NCBI GenBank assembly: GCA_040377305.1 | Contig: JBEIPA010000017.1 | Location: forward strand, 49,561 to 113,560 | Length of the DNA: 64,000 nucleotides | Source: Flavobacteriales bacterium | Lineage (GTDB): Bacteria > Bacteroidota > Bacteroidia > Palsa-965 | Reading direction: 5' to 3' | In this document: positions 30,552-39,827 of the stretch, piece by piece | How the letters are laid out: every line of letters starts with the position of its first letter | How positions within the stretch are numbered: position 1 is the stretch's first letter | Position numbers and translations under genes: made by a program | The notes under the pieces: model-generated | Databases searched by the model: none | The model's input: the letters and a program-made list of their open reading frames with translations, nothing else | Told to the model about the DNA's origin: nothing

Positions 30552-31043
30552 ATGTGGAAATACGGACTGTTACTTTTTGCCCTGCTCGCAGCCTGTGGCG
30601 GGGAAAATATTCCGCATGAGAACAGCGATACGGTGAATGACACATCGGCAACCGTATCCATTCCTCAATTAGATATCAGCGGAGAATTCGAAGCCGGATT
30701 CCTGAAGGGAGAAACCGAAATGTTTTTCGATAAAAACCTATCTACGCTTTCAATTACAGATCTGCAAGACGACGATTCGCTTTACATCCGATACAAAGCC
30801 ACATTTCCATGCGAAGAGTGCCGGGTGGAATTTCAAATATGGCGTAACGACAAGTATGTTGAAATTGTCCGTGATACTGGTTTTGGCGGCGAACCCGTTT
30901 ACATTCCCGCGTCAATGCTTTTAGAGGCCAGTAAATTCGGAACACCTGAATATTCGGAACTAGGAATTTATATGTCGGTGCGACAATATCATCCTGTAGA
31001 AACAGGTAACAAACGTTTCTTGTTTTATGTCAGCCTGAAATAA
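30552..31043 (+). CDS. Hypothetical lipoprotein
   Basis: MWKYGLLLFALLAAC lipobox. Confidence 0.65.
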   Translation: MWKYGLLLFALLAACGGENIPHENSDTVNDTSATVSIPQLDISGEFEAGFLKGETEMFFDKNLSTLSITDLQDDDSLYIRYKATFPCEECRVEFQIWRNDKYVEIVRDTGFGGEPVYIPASMLLEASKFGTPEYSELGIYMSVRQYHPVETGNKRFLFYVSLK

Positions 31044-31095
31044 ACGCTTCGTTGTGTTGTTCGGCAAACAGTTCAACTCGTCCTTCCGCGTTAGC

Positions 31096-31680
31096 CTAAT
31101 TCTGTTTCGAGAGCTTCTGCAGATGCTCTCCCGTGTAGAATGCAACCTGATGTACGAATTTCACATCAGCCTCCTTGAACCACGCAGGATTCTTGTGTTC
31201 AGAGTCAATGATCATCACAACCACTCCATTTGATATTACCGGCACCGACAATTCAGAATAACGTACGTCATCGTCGGGAACGTAACGCGGATCTTTGCTC
31301 GTGTCACCTATCCACTCTGATTTTCCGCTTACAGCAACGTGACCAACAATCCCGCGTCCAAATGGAATATTGATGGGATTCAGAATACTCTGTTTGTCTG
31401 GATTCTTAGGACCATAAGCTGCAATCTGTCTGCACACTTTGTCGGTCTGATCAACTTTGTACACCACACAATCCTGATATCCGGCTGCACCCATAACATC
31501 ATGCGCCACAAACCAGGAAAGTTCATCTTCCGATTTGAAACTGCTTTTGATTAAATGGGTAATGAGTTTATTCTTGCGATTCCCTTTTGCTTCTTTGCGT
31601 AAGTAGACAATGAGAATAATAATTCCTACCAGAGGAATGGTGAGATAAACCGATTGTTCACCAAGCTTAACGTAATCCAT
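31096..31680 (-). CDS. Membrane-anchored stand-alone GAF domain protein
   Basis: N-terminal TM helix. IPFGRGIVGHVA, DTSKDPRY, SELSVP, IDSEH. Its ATG overlaps the mazG stop codon. Confidence 0.85.
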   Translation of the reverse strand: MDYVKLGEQSVYLTIPLVGIIILIVYLRKEAKGNRKNKLITHLIKSSFKSEDELSWFVAHDVMGAAGYQDCVVYKVDQTDKVCRQIAAYGPKNPDKQSILNPINIPFGRGIVGHVAVSGKSEWIGDTSKDPRYVPDDDVRYSELSVPVISNGVVVMIIDSEHKNPAWFKEADVKFVHQVAFYTGEHLQKLSKQN

Positions 31681-32480
31681 CAGTCATTTTTTTTCGCACG
31701 TTCCCAATACACATCCATCTCCGCCAGAGTCATTTCACCCATCTTCTTTCCGTCATTCTGCGATTCACGTTCAAGATACTGAAAACGTCGGATAAATTTC
31801 TTATTCGTTCGCTCTAATGCATCCTCAGGATTAACACCTAAAAAACGTGCGTAATTAATTAACGCAAACATTACATCACCAAATTCATCCTCCAGTTTCT
31901 CAACCTTGCTTCCTTGTTTAACCTCTACGAGCAATTCTTCCATCTCCTCGTACACTTTCCCCCACACCTGTTCCGGTTTTTCCCAATCAAATCCAACTGC
32001 ACGCGCTTTCTCTTGTATGCGTGTAGACTTTACCATTGCGGGCAGTGAAACCGGGACGCCGGTTAACACCGAACGAAATCCGTCAGCGGTAATACTATCC
32101 TTTTCCTTCAGCTTGATCTTCTCCCAATTCTCCTTCACCTGTTCTTCATTCTCGACTTTCACATCGCCGTAAATGTGCGGATGGCGATTAATTAATTTAT
32201 CGCACTCTGCATGAATTACGTCCGCTATATCGAAATCCTTCGTTTCACTTCCGATACGGGCATAGAAAACAATGTGCAACAGTACATCGCCCAGCTCTTT
32301 CTTAATTCCGTCCATATTCTTGTCGAGAATCGCATCCCCCAGCTCATACATTTCCTCAATGGTAAGATGACGGAGACTTTCGAAGGTTTGTTTTTTATCC
32401 CACGGACATTGCTCACGCAGTTCATCCATGATTTGCAACATTCTTCCGAATGCTTCCTTTTGCGCCGTATAATCCTTCAT
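31680..32480 (-). CDS. mazG: Nucleoside triphosphate pyrophosphohydrolase MazG
   Basis: LREQCPWDKKQT, EELGDVLL-type KELGDVLL, RHPHIYG, GFDW, EFGD, KFIRRF. Confidence 0.95.
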   Translation of the reverse strand: MKDYTAQKEAFGRMLQIMDELREQCPWDKKQTFESLRHLTIEEMYELGDAILDKNMDGIKKELGDVLLHIVFYARIGSETKDFDIADVIHAECDKLINRHPHIYGDVKVENEEQVKENWEKIKLKEKDSITADGFRSVLTGVPVSLPAMVKSTRIQEKARAVGFDWEKPEQVWGKVYEEMEELLVEVKQGSKVEKLEDEFGDVMFALINYARFLGVNPEDALERTNKKFIRRFQYLERESQNDGKKMGEMTLAEMDVYWERAKKND

Positions 32481-32547
32481 GAATTCACAATTTTTCGGCT
32501 TCGAAGTTAGCCATTAGAACCAGTGAAACTATTCTTATTTTCGCAGA

Positions 32548-33675
32548 ATGTCGCTGCGCCGATTTTCACTGTTAATTACCGCTATTCTGGCACCCTTGTT
32601 TTTGTTCTCGCAAACGGAAACAGTGATTAGTACGCCTGCAGGCTATTACCTCGGCATTGGTGGTGGCTATGGATTTCTATGGGCGCACCGACCTACAATG
32701 TCGCACCTCGTAAACAAACACATTCCTGCATTGGAAGTAAGTCTTTCGAAAACGACCAATCAAACCCAGTGTTGGCATCTGCCTTACAAAAATCCGCAGA
32801 GTGGTGCTTCATTTACCGTTATTCCATTGGGAGATGATCGGCTCGGCACAGCTTACGGGCTCTATCCGTTTGTGATGTTGCCCTTACGTGAGAATGCAAA
32901 GAAACTCAATCTCAATATTCAACTTGGCTGGGGAATTGGTTGGATCACCAACAAGTTTGATCCGCTTGAGAATCACAAGAACAATGCAATTGGTTCCAAT
33001 CTCAACACCTGTATTCTCATTCGCGGTACGCTGAAATACGAGTGTTCCGATAAACTGCAGTTCGAGGCCGGAGTTGGAATGACACATTTCTCCAATGGTG
33101 CAATGTCTCTGCCGAATCTGGGTTTGAATATTCCCATGATTGCAGCAGGATTCCATTACCGAATCGGATTAGTGAATGAACAATGTGATCAATCTGTAAA
33201 AGACCGCGTCTTGCGCACAGATTCACTGGTCAATGACAGACATTGGCACTTAACCATGACCGCGAATCTTGGCATGAATGACATTGCTGCACCCGGCGGA
33301 AATCGTTTCGGTATCGCGAACGTACAGTTTACGTACATGAAAAACACCGCACGTAAACATCGGTTTGGTGGAGGACTTGATGTGATGTACAGCCAGGGCG
33401 TTCGACACATCATGGTGTACAACGATGATCCAACAACAACACTACAAGCCGTTCAGGTAGGTGTAAAATTCAGTTATGAATTAGTATTCGGCAGATTTTA
33501 CATGCCCTACGAAATGGGGGTATATGTACTTTCCAAATACAAAGAAGCGGGACCCGTGTATAATCGGATCGGTGCGCGATACCTGATTAATGATCATCTC
33601 ATTGCAAGTATTACGCTGAAAACACATTTAGCGCGGGCAGAACATTGGGAAATCGGATTCGGTTGGAGAATATGA
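32548..33675 (+). CDS. Acyloxyacyl hydrolase / PagL-like outer-membrane beta-barrel protein
   Basis: NNAIGS.LN and THFSNG...PNLGLN motif. Signal peptide. Aromatic C-terminal strand. Confidence 0.8.
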   Translation: MSLRRFSLLITAILAPLFLFSQTETVISTPAGYYLGIGGGYGFLWAHRPTMSHLVNKHIPALEVSLSKTTNQTQCWHLPYKNPQSGASFTVIPLGDDRLGTAYGLYPFVMLPLRENAKKLNLNIQLGWGIGWITNKFDPLENHKNNAIGSNLNTCILIRGTLKYECSDKLQFEAGVGMTHFSNGAMSLPNLGLNIPMIAAGFHYRIGLVNEQCDQSVKDRVLRTDSLVNDRHWHLTMTANLGMNDIAAPGGNRFGIANVQFTYMKNTARKHRFGGGLDVMYSQGVRHIMVYNDDPTTTLQAVQVGVKFSYELVFGRFYMPYEMGVYVLSKYKEAGPVYNRIGARYLINDHLIASITLKTHLARAEHWEIGFGWRI

Positions 33676-34430
33676 ACAGAGCAAAATACATACCGTTAGC
33701 AATTTGTTTGCTCGTTGTAATCCTGAGTGGAATTCAGGGATGCAAGAAGGAGAACATGTGCGATTGCATCAAACGTACTGGTGACGTTATAACGGAAACG
33801 CGTACGATCGAACCATTCACTGCACTATTCATTGAAGATAAAGTGAATGTCATTCTTACAGAAAATGCAGCACTTACAACAGAACTGAAAGTTGAAGCCG
33901 GAGAAAATCTTATTCCGCTCATCAAAACCGAAGTTGTAAATGGTATCCTGCGAATCAAAAATGCCAACAAGTGCGACTTCATGCGCAAGTATGATGTTCC
34001 GGTAAACATCTATGTAAATTACAATCCGAACATTGTTCGTATAACAAACAAGGGTACGGGCTTAGTATCGAACACCGATACATGTACTGCTTCAAATGTC
34101 GATCTGGAAACTATCAGCGCAGGAGATATCAAGCTCAACGTTGATGCAGGAACCATTCTTACACATCAACACAGTGCGGGCGATGTGGAACTTTACGGAA
34201 CCGCGAATGAAGTGATCATCTACAACACGGGCAACGGATTCACACTTACCGACGAATGCCAGGTTGATTACGCCTGGGTGTACACGCGTACCACCGGAAA
34301 AATTACAGTCCATACAACCGGCTTGCTTATCAGTGAAATTGAAGGTCCGGGCAATGTATACTATCGAGGTGAGCCTACGGAAATCAACTCTACAGAGAAC
34401 GGAGAAGGCCGCCTTTTACCATTGCAGTAA
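33672..34430 (+). CDS. GIN domain (DUF2807) lipoprotein
   Basis: ATGA overlap with the upstream stop. Lipobox IQGC. VEAGENLI, G.GNVYYRGEP. Confidence 0.85.
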   Translation: MNRAKYIPLAICLLVVILSGIQGCKKENMCDCIKRTGDVITETRTIEPFTALFIEDKVNVILTENAALTTELKVEAGENLIPLIKTEVVNGILRIKNANKCDFMRKYDVPVNIYVNYNPNIVRITNKGTGLVSNTDTCTASNVDLETISAGDIKLNVDAGTILTHQHSAGDVELYGTANEVIIYNTGNGFTLTDECQVDYAWVYTRTTGKITVHTTGLLISEIEGPGNVYYRGEPTEINSTENGEGRLLPLQ

Positions 34431-34491
34431 GACGCAACTTTTTGAAGATTTTGCGTCTATAGGGCACAGTTCTTGCCATCTTTGTACAGTT

Positions 34492-35781
34492 ATGACACGG
34501 AATTTCCTTTTCACAGCAGTCCTTGCAATTTTTTCAACGTGTGTTTTTGCTCAGGGAGCAGATTACGTTTCCGAAAAAGTGATCCGTTACGACGATCGCG
34601 TCTATGAGCCTACAATTGCAACCGTGCTTCTCAGCCCTGATCTGCCAAGCATGCTGCCACCAATCATTGCATTGAATTCCGAAGAGCAATTGTTTTTCTC
34701 CTTCGATGATCTCACCGGCGACATGAGGCAACTTTCGTACACGGTTGTGCATTGCAACGCAAAATGGGAACCATCTGATTGCAGCGTGAGTGACTACCTC
34801 GACGGATTTTACGAGCAGGAAATTTCCTCATACAATTATTCCAGGAACACCTTGCAGCGATACATTCACTACAACTCTACTTTCCCGCATGATAATTTCA
34901 AAATTCTTATCTCCGGAAATTATGTGCTGAAAGTTTTTGAAACCGGTAGTCAGGACAGTCTCGTGCTCACGAAACGATTCATGGTGTATGAGAAAAAAGT
35001 GGAACTCTCCGGAGATGTTCATGCTCCAACAATTGTTGCCGACCGCAATTACAAACAGGAAATAGATTTCATCGTATCCTACTCGACTCCTGATATTACA
35101 AATCCCTTCCAGGAAATCTACCCGGTAATTCTTCAGAATGGTCGCTGGGACAATGCGATTACTGGCTTGCAACCTCAGTTTCTCATGGACAAAGAGCTGC
35201 GTTACGATTACGAAGATGTGAACGTGTTCAAAGGCGGTAAAGAATTTCGTTGGTTCGACACGCGTACATTGCGTTTGAATACAGAGCGCGTAGAGAAAAT
35301 CACCAAGGATTCAACCTACCATGTTTACCTGCTCGCCGATGAACGCAGAACGTTTAAACGGTACATGAACAATGCCGACATCAACGGAAAATATCTCGTA
35401 AAGACGCAGGATAATGAAGATGATGAAATTGAAGCTGAGTATAGTTACGTTCACTTTTTTCTCGCGTGGCCCGTTCAGGAAATGGGAGGCAACATGTACG
35501 TCATGGGTTCTATGACCGACTGGCAATGCACATCGAAAAACAAAATGACTTATGATAAAGTTAAACGCGGGTACGAATGCGTTCTCTATCTCAAGCAGGG
35601 TTACTACAATTACCAGTATGCATTTCTCAAAGACGGAGAAGTTGCAGCCGACGAATACACGGCCGAGGGTATGAACCAAGAGACCGAAAACGACTATTGG
35701 ATTCTGATCTATCTGAGAAAACCGGGTGCGAGAACAGATGAGTTAATAGCGGTAAAGCGCCTCAATTCACGCATTCACTAG
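34492..35781 (+). CDS. DUF5103 family protein (T9SS Plug-like)
   Basis: FSFDDL, YTVVHCN..W..S, S.NTL..Y.HY, SGNY, QNGRW, LKQGYYNY, ETENDY. Start moved to 34492, which gives a signal peptide. Confidence 0.8.
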   Translation: MTRNFLFTAVLAIFSTCVFAQGADYVSEKVIRYDDRVYEPTIATVLLSPDLPSMLPPIIALNSEEQLFFSFDDLTGDMRQLSYTVVHCNAKWEPSDCSVSDYLDGFYEQEISSYNYSRNTLQRYIHYNSTFPHDNFKILISGNYVLKVFETGSQDSLVLTKRFMVYEKKVELSGDVHAPTIVADRNYKQEIDFIVSYSTPDITNPFQEIYPVILQNGRWDNAITGLQPQFLMDKELRYDYEDVNVFKGGKEFRWFDTRTLRLNTERVEKITKDSTYHVYLLADERRTFKRYMNNADINGKYLVKTQDNEDDEIEAEYSYVHFFLAWPVQEMGGNMYVMGSMTDWQCTSKNKMTYDKVKRGYECVLYLKQGYYNYQYAFLKDGEVAADEYTAEGMNQETENDYWILIYLRKPGARTDELIAVKRLNSRIH

Positions 35782-35917
35782 TGCCGGTTTCGACCATTGG
35801 TCAGAAACCCAAGGAGAAATCTGTTAAAATGGTCGTTTTCAGCAGTGTCATGTTGAGAAAGAGTCGACGAATAAATTGTTTTTCCAGTGATACTGCTCTA
35901 AACTTGTAGACGATATC

Positions 35918-36304
35918 ATGGTAACACGCATCACAAAAGGCATTCGGATTAGTGTAACCTGTAGGTATCAGGAATTATATTCCCGTCCTGAGAGCAAACA
36001 CTTTTTCTTTTCGTACCGCGTGCGCATAGAAAACACGTCGAGTCACACCGTGCAACTCATGCGTCGCCATTGGTTTATTTTCGATGCTGCAACTCAAAAG
36101 CAGGAAGTTGAAGGCGAAGGAGTAATCGGACAACAGCCTGTGCTTTCTCCCGGCGAAGCTTATGAATACGAATCGGCATGTAACCTGACTTCAGAATTAG
36201 GAAGTATGCACGGAACGTATTTGTTCAAAAGCATTGAAGATGAAACGGAATTCAAAGTGGCAATCCCTCGTTTTGAACTTTCGACTCCGTATCGTCTCAA
36301 CTAA
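35918..36304 (+). CDS. apaG: ApaG protein
   Basis: VQLMRRHW.I, EVEGEGVIGQQP.L.PGE.YEY.S, GSMHG.Y. Confidence 0.95.
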   Translation: MVTRITKGIRISVTCRYQELYSRPESKHFFFSYRVRIENTSSHTVQLMRRHWFIFDAATQKQEVEGEGVIGQQPVLSPGEAYEYESACNLTSELGSMHGTYLFKSIEDETEFKVAIPRFELSTPYRLN

Positions 36305-36307
36305 AGC

Positions 36308-36397
36308 GTTGTCATCCCCATAACTATCGGGACGAGTAAACTCGAAATTCTGCGGAGCAGTTTGTGTATGGAATACGCTATACCGAGGAATGACAAC
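36308..36397. repeat. GTCAT..ATGAC-bounded REP-like palindrome
   Basis: gttgtcatccc/ggaatgacaac arms. TACCGAGGAATGAC is shared exactly with 52296-52309. Confidence 0.75.
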
Positions 36398-36479
36398 CGC
36401 CTGAACTAATTCTCTCCCGCTTAACACATTTTAGCGCTTCCTGACATTCACGCAAAACCATCGTCGTACATTTGCAGCA

Positions 36480-38939
36480 ATGAAATTTTCCCTACCATTC
36501 TTTGTATTCATTTGCTTCGTCTTATTCGCGACGAATTCATTTGCACAAGCTCCAGCGCAGCAATCTCCTCCACAAATCGGAACAGTTATCGGAATTGTTT
36601 CGGACTCTCTGACAGGGCAAAAAATCGAGTATGCTGCGGTCGCAATTATTGCTGTAACTGATTCAACAGTGAAAGGCGGAGGCATTACGGGTGCGGACGG
36701 ATCTTTCTCCGTGTCGAAACTTCCTCCGGGGAAATTTATGGTGCGCATTACATTCATGGGCTACAAGGAATGGTATTCAGCCCCATTCACGATTTCCATG
36801 ATGAATGTGCAACACGATGCAGGCGCAATCAAACTCAGAGCGTCTGATGCACAACTCAACACGGTTGTGATCGAAGAGCAACGCAGCGATTACTCGAACA
36901 GCATCGACAAGAAAGTGTACGATGTCAATCAGAATATCACGAACACAGGTGGCACGGCTACAGAAGTACTGCAAAATATTCCGTCGGTAACAGTTGATAT
37001 AGACGGCAATGTAAGTTTACGGGGATCTGCAAACGTTACGATTCTCATTGACGGAAAGCCTTCGGGCATGACCGGCGACGACCGTCAGGCTGTCCTAGCT
37101 CAAATTCCTGCAAGTATGATTGAGCGCATTGAAGTGATTACGAATCCTTCTGCGAAATATGATGCGCAGGGAATGGCCGGTATCATCAACATCGTGCTGA
37201 AAAAAGAAAAAGGTAAAGGCTACAATGGCACCATTGGCGGCGGTGTCGGGACAGGAAATAAATACAACGGTAGTGTCAATCTCAATTTGCGCCGTGAGAA
37301 AGCAAATTTCTTCGGCAGTTATTCGTATCGGTATGAAGATCGCTGGGGAAATTCGTTCGGCGAGCAGAGTACAACAACACCAGATTCTTCATTCCGCTAC
37401 AACAGTGATGGCGGCAACCTCAGCAGCAGCTATTTTCACAGCGGAAGAATCGGCACCGACATCTATCTTAATCCGTACAATGCGCTCTCCATTTCCACGG
37501 GATACACGTTCAGAAATGAACTGAAAGATGACAGCACACATTATTATTTCTACAATGAAGATGATTCACTGACCAGCGACTTTTCTCGCCGTACTGGTGG
37601 TTTCGACAAGACCAGCACAATTGATGCGGCCCTCGATTTTCGTAAGACTTTCCCGGGAAGCAAAAACACATTTTCCTCTGCAGCGTCCTTCACCACGAAT
37701 CAAAGAAGCGTTCAGAATAATTTCAAGCTCAACTCGTACGGATTTGAAAATGCACCCTATCAGACGAACAAAGCGAATAACGAATATTACAACGCCATTG
37801 TGCAGGCCGATTATAGCCATCCATTCTCCGATTCATTCCGTATCGAAACGGGTGTGAAATACAACTACCGTCAGTACAGCAATCTTCAGTCAGGTTACCA
37901 ATATAATTACAGCGACGAGATGTACATTTCTGATCCGCGCTTTGCCGATCACTTTCAGTACTCCGAAAATGTTGGAGCAGCTTATGTACAAATGAGCATG
38001 CATCGCAAGAAACTCGATTACCTTGCCGGTGTGCGCGCAGAATACACGTACCTCACTGGAACGTCTTCATCACAAGACACGAGCTTCGTGAAAAATTACC
38101 TTAACCTGTTTCCGAATGTTGCGGTTCGATACACAACATCAGGCGGCACAGAAATGCAACTCAGCTATGGACGACGCCTGAACCGTCCGGGGAACTGGCA
38201 CCTGAATCCATACATCGACTACAGTGATTCGATTAACCTGCGTACCGGAAATCCATACCTCAATCCGGAGTTTATTCACTCGTTTGACTTCACCATTACG
38301 CGTGCACAAATGAAGTACATGTGGTCATTCACATTCTACTACCGTCATAGCGACGATGTGATTACGCATGTCAGAACATTTGATCCGGAAACAAACCGTG
38401 GACTTATGATGCCGATGAATTATACTTCGGCAGAAAATTATGGTGTAGAATACGTGTTACGCGTTCCGTTCAAAAAGAAAGGAAATGTCATGTTGAGCGG
38501 TTCTGCATACCTCAATCAGGTGAACGGAGATAACATTGATGCTGCACTACAAAGCTCTGCCTTTCACTATAACGCGCGCTTGTCGTTCACGTATAAAATT
38601 TTCAAGACAACAACGGCTCAGCTTTCCGGAATGTACTTCTCACCATTCATTAATCCAATTGGATCTTTCTGGATGAAAGGTGGAGTTGACCTCGGTATTC
38701 GTCAGGATATTTTCAAAGGAAAAGCGCAGTTGAGCGCGAACCTTACTGACGTATTCAACACCCGCGCATTTGAGGCGACGAATGTTACTCCGCAATACAA
38801 TTTCAAAGGCGGACGTAAGCGGGAATCGATGGTGCTGATGCTTTCATTCTCATGGCGCTTCGGAAGCAACGATGAAATATCGAAACGCAAAACGCAACTG
38901 AGCGCGCCAAGTGATGAAATGCCGAGTGGCGGATTTTAG
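36480..38939 (+). CDS. TonB-dependent receptor / outer-membrane beta-barrel with an N-terminal carboxypeptidase-regulatory-like domain
   Basis: Plug motifs L.NIPSVTVD.DG.VSLRG and IERIEVITNPSAKYDA.G.AGIINIVLK. Barrel motifs GNP.L.PE and SWRFG. Confidence 0.9.
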   Translation: MKFSLPFFVFICFVLFATNSFAQAPAQQSPPQIGTVIGIVSDSLTGQKIEYAAVAIIAVTDSTVKGGGITGADGSFSVSKLPPGKFMVRITFMGYKEWYSAPFTISMMNVQHDAGAIKLRASDAQLNTVVIEEQRSDYSNSIDKKVYDVNQNITNTGGTATEVLQNIPSVTVDIDGNVSLRGSANVTILIDGKPSGMTGDDRQAVLAQIPASMIERIEVITNPSAKYDAQGMAGIINIVLKKEKGKGYNGTIGGGVGTGNKYNGSVNLNLRREKANFFGSYSYRYEDRWGNSFGEQSTTTPDSSFRYNSDGGNLSSSYFHSGRIGTDIYLNPYNALSISTGYTFRNELKDDSTHYYFYNEDDSLTSDFSRRTGGFDKTSTIDAALDFRKTFPGSKNTFSSAASFTTNQRSVQNNFKLNSYGFENAPYQTNKANNEYYNAIVQADYSHPFSDSFRIETGVKYNYRQYSNLQSGYQYNYSDEMYISDPRFADHFQYSENVGAAYVQMSMHRKKLDYLAGVRAEYTYLTGTSSSQDTSFVKNYLNLFPNVAVRYTTSGGTEMQLSYGRRLNRPGNWHLNPYIDYSDSINLRTGNPYLNPEFIHSFDFTITRAQMKYMWSFTFYYRHSDDVITHVRTFDPETNRGLMMPMNYTSAENYGVEYVLRVPFKKKGNVMLSGSAYLNQVNGDNIDAALQSSAFHYNARLSFTYKIFKTTTAQLSGMYFSPFINPIGSFWMKGGVDLGIRQDIFKGKAQLSANLTDVFNTRAFEATNVTPQYNFKGGRKRESMVLMLSFSWRFGSNDEISKRKTQLSAPSDEMPSGGF

Positions 38940-38951
38940 GAACGAGGAATT

Positions 38952-39144
38952 GGAACGCGGATTTCCAAGTCTGTTGGTTGCTAGTCTCTCGCCCGGATGA
39001 ATCTACTAAATTTCAAATATCGTATTTGGATTTTATGAGATAAACTCAAGCCTATCTCATAAAATCAAATTTCACACAGCTGCTAATTACCGGAGTGATC
39101 CGAGTGATCGGCTAACACGCCTCGGACATAGAAATCCGCGTTCC
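38952..39144. repeat. ~195 bp nested palindromic element, copy B
   Basis: 14-bp terminal IR GGAACGCGGATTTC/GAAATCCGCGTTCC, 14-bp inner IR GATTTTATGAGATA/TATCTCATAAAATC, imperfect middle IR. Homologous to 28723-28917. Confidence 0.9.
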
Positions 39145-39160
39145 CTTTTCGCGTTCCTTT

Positions 39161-39547
39161 TTAGTTGTGATTTCCGCGCTGTTCCAGCAACCACTTACAC
39201 GCATTCTCCTCATTCGAAAACATCCTGAACGGAGTTGCTGGACGAAAAATTCTCAGAAAGAGATTCAGCGAAATTTTTGAAAAAGGATTCGGATTGATCA
39301 CCGCGGTTGCCAGTCGGTTGCTCACATTCTGCGCAGCGAATTCCTGTGCTTCTTTTGTAACGGTGTGACTGGATGTCGCATCAATGAGCACAAGAATTTT
39401 TCCTTCGCCGCATAAACGACGAATAGTTTCGAACTGCAGCCTGGCCTGCGGAAGACCTATGACCGCACTTTCGTTGATCTTAATGCGAAGAATTCCATCG
39501 TCGCCATAAGACATTATAACTGTTTCAAGAACCGCCTCTTTCGCCAT
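39161..39547 (-). CDS. Small STAS/SpoIIAA-like protein common in Bacteroidota
   Basis: DGIL, LVLID, TKEAQEF, N.FL.I.RP..P.RMF..E..A..WL. -7 box TACTTTTG at 39579-39586. Confidence 0.75.
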   Translation of the reverse strand: MAKEAVLETVIMSYGDDGILRIKINESAVIGLPQARLQFETIRRLCGEGKILVLIDATSSHTVTKEAQEFAAQNVSNRLATAVINPNPFSKISLNLFLRIFRPATPFRMFSNEENACKWLLEQRGNHN

Positions 39548-39624
39548 ACTCAGTAACCGGGGGATGTACTAACAGACGCAAAAGTAGACCCATTCTGTAT
39601 GCCCTCCGGTGAGCTTTATACAAG

Positions 39625-39756
39625 TGGCAGGAATCAGTAGGCAGTCGGCAGTTTGGCAGTTGGCAGTCAAATTCGCCTAAAAAGTACCAAAGCGGTCGAT
39701 TTAGTTGACAAATTATCCCATTTACTGCCTATTGCTTACTGCCCTACTGCCTACTG
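39625..39756. repeat. Inverted arrays of 7-8-mer GGCAGT/ACTGCC units upstream of tig
   Basis: cagtaggcagtcggcagtttggcagttggcagt versus actgcctattgcttactgccctactgcctactg. A half copy lies at 50526-50558. Confidence 0.8.
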
Positions 39757-39761
39757 TTTCT

Positions 39762-39769
39762 TATCTTTG
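39762..39769 (+). promoter_or_regulatory. -7 promoter box for tig-clpP-clpX
   Basis: TATCTTTG matches TAnnTTTG, about 60 bp before the ATG. Confidence 0.7.
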
Positions 39770-39827
39770 CCCGCTTAATTAATCCTCCAAAATCCTTCAA
39801 AAACGGACTGCGGAACAATCTGATAAC

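Noticed and set aside
32548-34430. PagL-like barrel coupled to a DUF2807 lipoprotein as a novel pair
   Set aside because: I recognise this arrangement as common in Bacteroidota; nothing specific is unusual here.
34264-34491. N-terminal extension of the DUF5103 ORF as called in the track
   Set aside because: It overlaps the upstream gene. The signal peptide and promoter-like box point to the ATG at 34492.
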